64,000 bases of DNA from Candidatus Bathyarchaeia archaeon (GCA_049512935.1 JBEKWR010000001.1:1-64000); one strand, 5' to 3'. Counted from the stretch's first letter, positions 40,363 to 49,546 are shown. The notes: generated by a model from the sequence alone, not told the origin. Numbers and translations are program-made.

Positions 40363-41154
40363 CTAGTTGAAGGGGTAAATCTGGTTTTTCTCAAGGTAAG
40401 ACAGGGATTGCTTTGTTTTCTCTAAAGTAACTTGTTCCAGAACGATTTCAGGGCTAATTTGACATTCTTCAACAACAGCTGTGAATTCCCGCCAGTCAAT
40501 TTTGCCTTGGCCAACTTCTAAATGTTGATCTTTTTCTCCCAAGTTATCGCTTATGTGCACGTAAGAAATCTTTTCGCCGAGATTCTCTACCCATTCACGA
40601 AAGGGTACCTTAGAGTAAACGTTTAAGTGACCGATATCAAGGCAAACCATTAGCCTTGGCGAGCTGACTTCATCCAGCAGTTCTTTGAACATTTCATAGG
40701 TCGGTTCCCAAGTGTTTTCCAAAAGAATTGTGCCAGCGTATTTTTCCAGAGCTTCCCTCCAGAAGACAGCATTTCTTTCCACCCAGTTTTTCCTGAAATA
40801 ATTGTCCTTCACAAGCGGATTAAAGTTCCCATGGAAAACGACCTGAGTCACGTTTAGTTTTCTCGCAACTTCTAAGCTGTCGAAAATCCGCTCTTTTGAG
40901 ATTTCAGCTATTTTCTTGTCGCTGCTGTTCACGAGGACATCCTGGAATACTCCATGGAAGGAGAGTTTTCCTTTGAAGGCCAAAAGTCTCTCCTGATGTT
41001 CACGGAGAATCTTGTTCCAATCGGCGTCGTACACGTTTGCATAGGCGAACGTCGCAATTTCCAAGTTGAACTTGTTCTCTTCTGCGAAATCAACGAAGTC
41101 TGAAAAAGTCTCATGGATTAAAGGTTGCACATAGATCTTAGACATCGGCACCAC
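40363..41154 (-). CDS. Sugar phosphate isomerase/epimerase (AP endonuclease 2 TIM barrel) family
   Basis: SFHG, VVFH, LLEN, CLDIGH, VHISDN.G.KDQH, G.IDW, VLE. Confidence 0.88.
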   Translation of the reverse strand: MVPMSKIYVQPLIHETFSDFVDFAEENKFNLEIATFAYANVYDADWNKILREHQERLLAFKGKLSFHGVFQDVLVNSSDKKIAEISKERIFDSLEVARKLNVTQVVFHGNFNPLVKDNYFRKNWVERNAVFWREALEKYAGTILLENTWEPTYEMFKELLDEVSSPRLMVCLDIGHLNVYSKVPFREWVENLGEKISYVHISDNLGEKDQHLEVGQGKIDWREFTAVVEECQISPEIVLEQVTLEKTKQSLSYLEKNQIYPFN

Positions 41155-41208
41155 TTTCTATAACTCATCATCAGAGACTGCATTTATCTTTTAACAAGAC
41201 AGCAAAAA

Positions 41209-41601
41209 ACTGTTCTGCTGAATGTTAAGAGGGCTGAGCAAACTACGAACAGTGACCTTCTTGCCGCCGACGGCATAATCATAGGGTCACCTACTTATTT
41301 TGGGCAGATGTCCGCCAAGCTCAAAGCGGTCATCGACGAATCTGTGAAAATTCATGAAAAATTAACGGGGAAAGTCGGCGGCGCCTTCACAAGCAGCGGC
41401 GGAACAGCTTCAGGCGGCGAAACCACGCTTTTGTCCATCGTGCATGCGATGCTTATTCACGGCATGTTCGTGCAGGGCAGAGCCGATGACAAGCAATATG
41501 GCGTCGCAGTAACTGGCAAACCAAATGAAGAAGACTTGGCAGAATGTGAAGAACTCGGGAAACGGGTCGCCACCTTAGTCTTGAAGTTAACCCAGAGCTA
41601 G
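41209..41601 (+). pseudogene. 5'-truncated flavodoxin/WrbA-like gene
   Basis: Frame upstream of ATG 41308 reads DLLAADGIIIGSPTYFGQM, but the N-terminal FMN phosphate loop (S.TGNT) and a start codon are missing before the in-frame TAA at 41161. Confidence 0.75.
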
Positions 41602-41778
41602 CGGTTGCGTAAGTTAATTTTCGAAAGAGCCCCTTCCACCTTGCGAATTAGAGGTTGCCTGACCATCAAAGTATACTGTTCTTTAGCGGTGTTCTCTTCG
41701 AGAACAGAGTGAGAACGGTTTTGTTCTTAGGGGAGTATTATTAGGTGCCAAGATGATTAGCAACGCAGTGAAAAACCA

Positions 41779-42642
41779 ATGATCGAAAAGAAACTGATAC
41801 TTTGCGGAATTCTCGCCATAGCAATCGGGATAGCAACGATCGTACCGTTAGAATACATGATGGCTGCCGAAAACCAAGTAAACGCTCAAACGACCTTCAC
41901 GCCGTGGTTTAACGTCAGTGTCCCCTACGCCTACGTCAACCTTGACCAAAGCGGCGGAAACAGTACAATGACTTGGGATGCCGCTTCGATTGAAGCAATC
42001 GCAAACTTCTCTTTGACTCCTGACGCCATCGCCCTCAAGAATGCAGATGCCCGAATAGAGTTCTATCAGTTCCAAGTCTCTTCTGACCAAGGACCAATTG
42101 TTAACATAACCTACAGCGTCGCAGTATCTATAGAAAAACTAAACGTCACTGGAGTCCCAGGCGGTGTATACATGGCTATCACTGGGTCCGGAGGAAACTC
42201 ATTCACCTTCGCAGACGGAACCACTTACAAAGGTCCTAGCACAGGCAATTGCGGCGGCGACGTAGTCTTAGCAAACATACCTGGCGAACCCATGCAAAAC
42301 TTCACCAATGCAGTTGTAAGCACCTTTGTAGCTAGCTACAACGGAAATAGTGCGTCACAGTTGACTGAACTTAGAAACGCCAAAACATTGTACATCGATT
42401 TAAGCAGGATATGCTCGGTTTCATTTGAAGGCAACGCCATAACAGGTACTACCACAACTGTGTCAAGCGATAAAGTCCTACAGCATATAGTGCTAACAAA
42501 AGAAGGCAACGGATTCGTATATGGAACCTACACAGCGGGAACTGTACCGTTCCCAATAGAGACGCCGTCAAACCCCACAGGGAGTTCAAGTCTAAATCCA
42601 AACATACTCGAACCGTACAACTCTACTCTAGCAAATCCATAG
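41779..42642 (+). CDS. Exported/membrane-anchored hypothetical protein
   Basis: N-terminal hydrophobic segment; beta-rich Ser/Thr/Asn body. Confidence 0.75.
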   Translation: MIEKKLILCGILAIAIGIATIVPLEYMMAAENQVNAQTTFTPWFNVSVPYAYVNLDQSGGNSTMTWDAASIEAIANFSLTPDAIALKNADARIEFYQFQVSSDQGPIVNITYSVAVSIEKLNVTGVPGGVYMAITGSGGNSFTFADGTTYKGPSTGNCGGDVVLANIPGEPMQNFTNAVVSTFVASYNGNSASQLTELRNAKTLYIDLSRICSVSFEGNAITGTTTTVSSDKVLQHIVLTKEGNGFVYGTYTAGTVPFPIETPSNPTGSSSLNPNILEPYNSTLANP

Positions 42643-42654
42643 GTTGCGACAAAC

Positions 42655-43098
42655 GTGGCTAACGACGAACTCGAAGGCAACACATTAACCGTCTACGCGT
42701 ACATAGTTCACAACGCAAAGCCAGTGGGAACAAGAGAGGTCACAAGAGGCGCAAACCTAAGCAGCACAAGCGTCGCGTTCAGGCACCTGCAGAAGCTTGA
42801 GGACATGGGTTTAATCGAGAAAAACAGTTATGGCGATTACGTCTTAAAGGAGAAGACAAACATCAAGGGGCACGTGTGGGTTGGCCGAAACCTCATACCG
42901 CGGTTGATGTTCTACTCCTTCTTTTTTCTCGGCGCTTTCGCAGCCGAGACAGCAATAATATTGCTGAGCGTCCTAATAAACGGCATAGCCGTTCAGGTGA
43001 GCTTCTACTTCTTGACGGGCATGACTGGAGTCGCGATGACTCTCTTCTTAATAGAAGGCGTCTTGCTGTACAGAAAATTGAACCCGAACCGCACGTGA
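42655..43098 (+). CDS. Membrane-anchored winged-helix transcriptional regulator
   Basis: L.GNTL.VY.Y, GTREV.RGANLSSTSVA.RHLQKLEDMGLIEK; two C-terminal TM segments. Confidence 0.82.
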   Translation: MANDELEGNTLTVYAYIVHNAKPVGTREVTRGANLSSTSVAFRHLQKLEDMGLIEKNSYGDYVLKEKTNIKGHVWVGRNLIPRLMFYSFFFLGAFAAETAIILLSVLINGIAVQVSFYFLTGMTGVAMTLFLIEGVLLYRKLNPNRT

Positions 43099-43130
43099 CC
43101 TGGGCAACCCCGCGAACTGCTGCCAAGGCA

Positions 43131-43220
43131 GAGAGGAACGGAAAGGAACGGAAGCCAACGGGAAGCAACGGGAAAACACGGGAAACAACGCTAATCCACG
43201 GGATTCCACGGGAAAAAACG
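43131..43220 (+). repeat. Nine tandem degenerate 10-bp units, each ending in ACG
   Basis: gagaggaacg gaaaggaacg gaagccaacg ggaagcaacg ggaaaacacg ggaaacaacg ctaatccacg ggattccacg ggaaaaaacg. Confidence 0.9.
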
Positions 43221-43235
43221 TGACCTGCAAAAGCC

Positions 43236-43269
43236 TCAAACCCCAAACCAAAAAAGCAACCCAAAACAA
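43236..43269 (+). repeat. Dispersed intergenic motif, copy B
   Basis: TCAAACCCCAAACCAAAAAAGCAACCCAAAACAA. Confidence 0.75.
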
Positions 43270-43306
43270 ACCCAACAAAAAAGCCTGCAACCCACAAGAA
43301 GAGACG

Positions 43307-43834
43307 TCATTCAGGGTGTTCTTGATGATAAATTCTGCTGTGCAGGTACAGTGAAGCGGCTCCCGTGAATAGCGCCACGAGGCTAACTGCATAAAGCGGC
43401 AGGACAAGCTGGGCGCCGTAGCTTGCTATTTGCTGCTGCCAACTCCAAGGGTACGGCTGGTTCCACAGAGGCCAAGCCCCAATCACCACGAAGGTGAACC
43501 CAAGCGCAGTCACCAGCATCGCCGCGTGCTCCTTATCATCGACCCTTCCAGGCTGAACGCCTCTTATGCAGTAGTAGGTCAGCATCAACGTTCCAACCGC
43601 GCACATCACAAGAAGGATAGGAATCGTGTAGGTCCATTGAGCCACGATAAAGCTGAAGGCTTGCCAAGTCACGTAGTAGCCTGGGTAAGTGTCAGACAGG
43701 TTTGGCATGATGAACCATAAGTCGCTTACCCCGAAAAACACCAGCAACAAGCCAATTATCACTTGATGACTCCTCACAAACGACGCCACTTGGCTTGCCG
43801 AACTTGAATGATTCAGAGCACGCTTCACCCACAC
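43307..43834 (-). CDS. Hypothetical 4-TM membrane protein
   Basis: Four hydrophobic segments, GAWPLW motif. Confidence 0.7.
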   Translation of the reverse strand: MWVKRALNHSSSASQVASFVRSHQVIIGLLLVFFGVSDLWFIMPNLSDTYPGYYVTWQAFSFIVAQWTYTIPILLVMCAVGTLMLTYYCIRGVQPGRVDDKEHAAMLVTALGFTFVVIGAWPLWNQPYPWSWQQQIASYGAQLVLPLYAVSLVALFTGAASLYLHSRIYHQEHPE

Positions 43835-43856
43835 GCAGTAGCTACTTGAAGCTTAA

Positions 43857-43933
43857 TGGTGGGCCCGAGGTGATTTGAACACCTGACCAACAGATTATGA
43901 GTCTGGCGCTCTACCGAGCTGAGCTACGGGCCC
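43857..43933 (-). tRNA. tRNA with CAT anticodon, most likely tRNA-Ile2 (agmatidine)
   Basis: GGGCCCG/CGGGCCC Ile-type acceptor stem, CTCATAA loop, TTCAAAT, ACCA end. Confidence 0.9.
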
Positions 43934-44022
43934 ACAGCGCTTTCTCTTAATATTGCTGTTTCATACTCCATTTAAACATTTTCCGTTTACAAAGCTCACG
44001 GGCATTCTACGCATCGGATTTG

Positions 44023-45189
44023 TCACGTGTTCCAGTAGTAGATTTTTGAGTATTTTTCTTGAAAGTTAAACGCGGTATCGTTGTAGATTATGTCCAGCCT
44101 CAGCCCGTAAACGCTTAGGAGTTGGTTTAGGTTCGACCAAATTGTCGGGGATAACGCATCCGAATTCCATATGCCCCAAATCTTGTCAGTCGGAGTTCTC
44201 ACGCCCCAACCGTAATCTTGTGGAAGAACAAAGGCTGCCTGCGCGTTTAACGTGCCAAACGTGCCGTTCAGGCTGGAATGCATTTGACTCCAGAAGTTTT
44301 CCATCGCGCTGAATTGATCTGAAGTCAAGATTCCGTAGGGGTTCGTTTCTGGATAGTCGAAGACAACTATGTACTTGGCTCCTGCGTGGTAAGCGGTCTG
44401 CATGTCTTGAAGCATCAGGGTTCCGTTCTCCAAGTAAGGAGGCGTGTTCTGGGACCAAGTTATTATTGCACCCCACTGCTTGCCCTGCGCGTCTGCCGCG
44501 CCTCTGCAAAGGTCTATTTGCTGAATCTTGCTTGTCTCATTGGTGCCTCCCGTGCTCCCTAACTCCGCAAACACGCAGTTGTACCCTGCCAGGTAATCGA
44601 ACCAGTAGAGCGCGTAATCCGAAGTGAAGGCAGGTATACCCAGCGTTTTCAAGTCCTGCATGCTTTGAACCGAACCGAGGCTGTTGACGTATGTGCTTGC
44701 GGCTTCAGCATAGTTTGTATCATTTGAGAAAAGCGCCGTTTCGTTGTTCCATGCGCCTAGATCGATTTGTTTTCCGCCAGGTTCATCGTAATAGTAGATG
44801 CCCAAGAGCTTGCTTCCGTACCTTGCCCTGGCATCGGTGACCCAAATGAATTGCCACGGATAAATTATGTGCGAAATATACTCAAAATACACTATGATGC
44901 TCAAGCCTTGGCTTACGGCGTAGTCGCAGACCGCTGTGAGGGAGGTTCCGTTGACGGTTTCGTTGAGGGTGTCCAAGGTGAATGAAGCCACGATAAACAG
45001 GTTTGTGTACCCCTTCACCTTGTTTATCAACTGTTCTGCCTGGCTGACGGTGTTGCCTCCGAATGTGACTCCGAAGTAAACTGGGGTGTTTTGAACTGCG
45101 CTTTGGTTTCTGTAATGGAAATAAGCCGTTGGCGCAAGAATGGATACGATCAGAAGAGCACCTATAAGAACTATCCAAGCCTTCTTCAT
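44023..45189 (-). CDS. Exported TIM-barrel-like hypothetical protein
   Basis: N-terminal TM; YFGVTF, GIYYYDEPGG, TSDYALYWFDY.AGY, WGAIITW. Confidence 0.78.
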   Translation of the reverse strand: MKKAWIVLIGALLIVSILAPTAYFHYRNQSAVQNTPVYFGVTFGGNTVSQAEQLINKVKGYTNLFIVASFTLDTLNETVNGTSLTAVCDYAVSQGLSIIVYFEYISHIIYPWQFIWVTDARARYGSKLLGIYYYDEPGGKQIDLGAWNNETALFSNDTNYAEAASTYVNSLGSVQSMQDLKTLGIPAFTSDYALYWFDYLAGYNCVFAELGSTGGTNETSKIQQIDLCRGAADAQGKQWGAIITWSQNTPPYLENGTLMLQDMQTAYHAGAKYIVVFDYPETNPYGILTSDQFSAMENFWSQMHSSLNGTFGTLNAQAAFVLPQDYGWGVRTPTDKIWGIWNSDALSPTIWSNLNQLLSVYGLRLDIIYNDTAFNFQEKYSKIYYWNT

Positions 45190-45279
45190 TCTGTTTCATT
45201 CTTCATAGGCGACTTGGAAAATATTAGGCTTTTTGAAAAAACTAACTTGGCTATTGCCAGAGTCTTTTCATCTTTCTCT

Positions 45280-46221
45280 CTATTTTCGGTAGTATGGTCG
45301 TTTAATGTAGTTGTAGGCTTCCAACGCTGCGACGATGCCTTGACCGACCGCCGTGCCAACCTGCTTAATAGGGTGATCTGTAACGTCGCCTGCGGCAAAC
45401 ACGCCTGGCAGATTCGTTTTTTGCATCACGTCAACTTTGATGTATCCGTGCTCATCCGTCTCTACCCCGGCAGCTTTGGCGAGTTGACTGTTTGGCGCTT
45501 CACCGATTTGAACAAAAACCGCGTCCACCGCCAACTCACTTGTTTTTCCCGTAACATTGTCAACCAGACTTACAGCTTTCACTTGCCTGTCACCCATTAT
45601 TTCCTGAATTTCAGTGTTCCACATTACGCTCACGTTGCTCTTAGCTGAAATGTCTGAGACCAAGCTTTCTTCAGCCCTGAAAGCCTGCCGCCTGTGGACC
45701 ACGATAACTTGGGAAGCTAACCCTGAAAGGTAAAGGGTGGTGATGCAAGCGGTGTTTCCGCCGCCGACGACCAGAACCCGTTTGCCCTTGAAGAAGGGTC
45801 CGTCGCACACGCCGCAGTAGCTTACGCCTCTGCCTTTGAATTCCTTTTCGCCTTTGACGCCGATTTCCCTGTAATGCGAGCCAGTGGAGTATATCACTGC
45901 CTTAGCTTCATAGGACGCCCTTGAAGTCTTCACGGTTTTGTTTTCACCCGCCAGGTTCAATTCGATGACGGGTTCTAACTCGCGAATAGTGGCGCCGACC
46001 TTTCTGCAGTGCGAAGTCATTTTCTCCGCTAAGTCCCCGCCGCTAATCTCGGCAAAGCCGGGGTAATTCACCACGTTGGATGCGTCGGCGATTGTTCCGC
46101 CAGGCAGTTTCTCGTCTAAAACCAGCGTTTTTAATCCGCTTCTAACGGTGTAGACGCCGGCGGATAACCCTGCGGAGCCAGCGCCGATTACTATGACATC
46201 CCAGTTCTCCATAACGAGCAT
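45280..46221 (-). CDS. trxB: Thioredoxin-disulfide reductase
   Basis: IIG.G.AG-type start, GRGVSYCGVCDG, VGGGNTA, GVFAAGDV. Confidence 0.93.
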   Translation of the reverse strand: MLVMENWDVIVIGAGSAGLSAGVYTVRSGLKTLVLDEKLPGGTIADASNVVNYPGFAEISGGDLAEKMTSHCRKVGATIRELEPVIELNLAGENKTVKTSRASYEAKAVIYSTGSHYREIGVKGEKEFKGRGVSYCGVCDGPFFKGKRVLVVGGGNTACITTLYLSGLASQVIVVHRRQAFRAEESLVSDISAKSNVSVMWNTEIQEIMGDRQVKAVSLVDNVTGKTSELAVDAVFVQIGEAPNSQLAKAAGVETDEHGYIKVDVMQKTNLPGVFAAGDVTDHPIKQVGTAVGQGIVAALEAYNYIKRPYYRK

Positions 46222-46329
46222 CTCTCAAGGAATATTAGATTGGGCGGTTTATTTATTGTTCGGATTGTTGGTTTGTCGTCGCCAATAAGCTGATAAGAGC
46301 GAGCGCTGTTTAGTTTTGATAGACATTTT

Positions 46330-48108
46330 GTGGAGGCACAGTTTTTGGCGAGATACAGGTGCGCGGTTTGCAATTACGTTTATGACGAAGCAAAAGAAGG
46401 AAGGAAATTCAGCGATTTGCCTAAAGAATGGGTCTGCCCGATCTGTGGCGCGCCTAAATCCGCTTTTGTCCTGCTTTCTGAGCAGGTTGTGGAAGAGAAA
46501 AAGGCTGAGCACACGGTTTCAGAGGTTCTGATAAACCAGATTGCTGAGTGGGGAGTTCAGTACGTCTTCGGCATCCCAGGCACTTCGACGCTAGGCATAG
46601 TGGATGCCATCCGCAAAAGCAACGGGAAAGTCAAGTACCTGCAGGTTCGGCATGAACAAACCGCCGCGTTTATGGCTTCCGCCTATGGGAAGTTGACGGG
46701 GCATGTTGCGGCTTGCCTTGGGATTTCAGGTCCAGGGGCGACGAATTTGGCTACGGGCTTGTACGATGCGAAGCTGGATCACTCGCCTGTTTTGGCGTTG
46801 ACTGGCATGGTTGCTAGGGCTAAGATTGGCGCTGGCTCCATTCAGGAGGTTGATCAGCACGCGTTTTTTGAGCCCATCTGCGTTTTTAACGAGGTTTTGA
46901 TGGCTGAGTCCCAGACGACTTCGCTTGCCACTTTAGCGATTAAGCATGCGCTTCTTGACCAGGGAGTTGCGCACATAGGGGTTCCTAACGACGTGCAGAA
47001 GTTGCGTTACGAAGCGGAGATTTTACCGTTCGAGGGCAGAATGCCTAACCTTGCCTACGGTCAGGAGGAATGGCTGATTGAGAAGGCGGCGAAACTTGTT
47101 GACCAAGCCGCGCGACCTGTGATTCTTGCGGGGTTCGGAACGAGGGGTCAAGGCGGCAAACTGTTGAGGTTGGCGCAGAAGATTTCGGCTCCCATCATGA
47201 CAACGTTTAGGGCCAAAGGCGTGATTGACGAGCGTGACCCGTTGCTTGTCGGCTGCCACGGCGACATCGGTTCAACCGCGTCGGCCGAGCTTATGGGCAA
47301 GGCTGATTTGCTTATTGCCGTCGGCTCATCGTTTAGCGATTTTACAAATGTTCCGAAGAAGAGGACGGTGCAGATCGAGATTAACCCGCTTATGATGGCG
47401 CGCAGGTACCCGGTCGAGGCGGGGTTGCTGGGTAACAGTGCCGTGTTGATTCCGAAGTTGACTGAGAAGGTGCAGGAGAAGAAGAACCCTGACTACTTAA
47501 GCGAGGTTGCCCGTTTGAAGCAGGAGTGGCAGAGTCACCTCGAAAAGGAAGTTGACCGCGCCTCGAAGCCGATTAGGCCTCCATTCATCATCAAGGTGTT
47601 GAACGATAAGCTCGCTGAGGACGCGGTGATTTCTCTGGATGTCGGTGAGAACTGCTGGTGGTTCGGCAGGAACTTTCTGATGCGCAGGACGCAGAAGCTG
47701 GTTATGACTGGGACGTTGGCGACGATGGGCTTCGGGTTGCCAGGCGCGTTGGCGGCGGCGTTGGCTTACCCGGGCAGGCAGGCGGTCTGTTTGACTGGCG
47801 ACGGCGGCTTAACGATGGTGCTGGGCGACTTTTTGACGGCGCTCAAGTACAAGCTGCCCATCAAAGTGTTCGTCATGAACAATCAGCGGTTAGGCATGAT
47901 CATGCAGGAGCAGAAGATCGAGGGCTACCCAAGCTGGCAAACTGAGCTGCTGGACTACAACTTCGCGGACTTCGCGGAGCACGCGGGCGGCTTAGGCGTC
48001 AGGGTTTCCGAGCCGGGCATGCTTGAAGCGGCGGTTGACAGGGCGCTCGCGTCTGATAAGCCAGCCATCGTGGACATAGAAACCGACCCGAGAAGATTCC
48101 TACCGTAA
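46330..48108 (+). CDS. Rubredoxin-fused ThDP-dependent pyruvate oxidase/dehydrogenase-like enzyme
   Basis: [28 protein letters not shown], then FGIPG, VRHEQ.AAFMA, GPGATN, GDGG..NN. Confidence 0.9.
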   Translation: MEAQFLARYRCAVCNYVYDEAKEGRKFSDLPKEWVCPICGAPKSAFVLLSEQVVEEKKAEHTVSEVLINQIAEWGVQYVFGIPGTSTLGIVDAIRKSNGKVKYLQVRHEQTAAFMASAYGKLTGHVAACLGISGPGATNLATGLYDAKLDHSPVLALTGMVARAKIGAGSIQEVDQHAFFEPICVFNEVLMAESQTTSLATLAIKHALLDQGVAHIGVPNDVQKLRYEAEILPFEGRMPNLAYGQEEWLIEKAAKLVDQAARPVILAGFGTRGQGGKLLRLAQKISAPIMTTFRAKGVIDERDPLLVGCHGDIGSTASAELMGKADLLIAVGSSFSDFTNVPKKRTVQIEINPLMMARRYPVEAGLLGNSAVLIPKLTEKVQEKKNPDYLSEVARLKQEWQSHLEKEVDRASKPIRPPFIIKVLNDKLAEDAVISLDVGENCWWFGRNFLMRRTQKLVMTGTLATMGFGLPGALAAALAYPGRQAVCLTGDGGLTMVLGDFLTALKYKLPIKVFVMNNQRLGMIMQEQKIEGYPSWQTELLDYNFADFAEHAGGLGVRVSEPGMLEAAVDRALASDKPAIVDIETDPRRFLP

Positions 48109-48483
48109 GCCGCTTGCTTGCAGACCCGCTTTTTGTGGTGGAATTTTGTTTCAAAAAGTAGGGTCCCCTGTAGGGTCGGGAATTGTTCAACATGCTTCAT
48201 TCTTATGATAAAATTTGACCACAAACACTAGACCCCCTCCCCCGTCTTCGTGAACCCATATTTACAATGGACTTTTGATGTAAATACTAGACCCTCTCCC
48301 ATCTCCCTATCGAATAGGTCAGGGCTTGTTTCATGTTTGCTTTTTGGCTTAGAGCCCAAATTAAGCTCTAAAGAATTCTTTTTCCTGTGCGGAAAACAGC
48401 GAACGGCGTGAAAAAGCAGGTATAAATCCATTGATACCTGTTTTCGGAAGCTCCGCCAAGCGGCAACTCGCTTCATGCAGAGC

Positions 48484-48517
48484 TTGTTTTGGGTTGATTT
48501 TTTGGTTTAAAGCTTGA
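48484..48517 (-). repeat. Dispersed intergenic motif, copy C
   Basis: Minus strand TCAAGCTTTAAACCAAAAAATCAACCCAAAACAA; last 25 nt match copy B at 24/25. Confidence 0.75.
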
Positions 48518-48623
48518 ATCAAGCCCAATCAAGGGTGAACCCGCAAAATACTCTAAACGAGTTTTAGTAAAGACCCGCTGTTTTAAGCGGCGGTTTTTGA
48601 TTCAAGTGAGATGGAGAAGCTGT

Positions 48624-48648
48624 TGGTAGTGGGGAGTAGATTTGAACT
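48624..48648 (-). repeat. Degenerate copy of the tRNA-iMet 3' end (att-like)
   Basis: TGGTAGTGGGGAGTAGATTTGAACT versus 49380-49404 TGGTAGCGGGGACTAGATTTGAACT, 23/25. Confidence 0.85.
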
Positions 48649-48669
48649 GCTAACTTGCGACTTTGGGCT

Positions 48670-49015
48670 TTAAAGGAAAATTATTTTGTTTCGAATTTCT
48701 TCTTGCTTAGTGGTTTCAGCTATTACTTTGAGTTTTTTGACGCATTCGCCCACCGAAAACTTGCGTTGATGAACGTAAATTATGCCTAAGTGCTCTTTTC
48801 GTGATGCCATTCGAAGGAAATCCGCATCGTGGGTGAAAATTGCGGCTTTGTTTAGAGTCGCTATTTCCAATTGCTGCTCATCGGTCAGCCCCAACTTGCC
48901 CAGATCTTTCACAGAGAAGGCGACTATTCCTCTTCTTTTGAGCCCTTCTGCAACCGCCACGTTGACACTTTCATCAACGTAAATTCTAAATGTTTTAGTG
49001 GGGATAGCTATTCAT
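48670..49015 (-). pseudogene. DUF5615 PIN-like toxin, apparently +1 frameshifted near its start
   Basis: Frame reads FRIYVDESVNVAVAEGL..GLTDEQQL..IFTHDADF; the only nearby ATG (49015) is out of frame across a C4 run at 49000-49003. Confidence 0.75.
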
Positions 49016-49295
49016 CTGCCTTCTGCGCCTTACGCAACTTCCGAATGAATTGTTCGTCTTCCTTTATTTTCTCGTCAAGTTCCTCTCGATGCTCGTAGTA
49101 ATACGATAATGCATCATGCACCTGTTCAAGCTTCAAGTGGGGATGCGCGTTGATTATGTCGTCTGGCGAACAATTCATGTACTCATATTCCATAGCGACG
49201 TCAACAACCCTAATTCTGGTTCCAGCTATCACAGGGGAGCCGCTGCAAATCTCAGAGTTTATTTGAATATGAGGATGCTCAGTCTTCGTCAACAA
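49008..49295 (-). CDS. DUF433 family antitoxin
   Basis: ICSGSPVIAGTRIRV, HPHL.LEQVHDALSYYY. Confidence 0.92.
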   Translation of the reverse strand: MLTKTEHPHIQINSEICSGSPVIAGTRIRVVDVAMEYEYMNCSPDDIINAHPHLKLEQVHDALSYYYEHREELDEKIKEDEQFIRKLRKAQKADE

Positions 49296-49379
49296 TTCTC
49301 GGCACCATCACAAGCTAAATCATACCCAAAGAATCTCTTAACTTTTGTCATAAGCCACACAAAGAATAGAAACAATGTT

Positions 49380-49458
49380 TGGTAGCGGGGACTAGATTTG
49401 AACTAGTGATCTCTGGGTTATGAGCCCAGCGGGTTAATCCTGGCTACCCCACCCCGCT
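49380..49458 (-). tRNA. Initiator tRNA-Met (CAT)
   Basis: AGCGGGG/CCCCGCT with A1-U72, GGG/CCC anticodon-stem pairs, CTCATAA loop, CCA encoded. Confidence 0.95.
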
Positions 49459-49546
49459 ATTTTCGCCTAACAATTTTTTTAAGGTAACCTATAATTCATG
49501 TACGCCGAATATTAATAGTTTCTTTTCCCGATTCTGCATGCTTCCA

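Noticed and set aside
43131-43300. CRISPR array
   Set aside because: 10-bp units with no spacers; no cas genes in the window
48228-48476. 82-aa minus-strand ORF
   Set aside because: No recognisable features; overlaps the repeat-rich non-coding region
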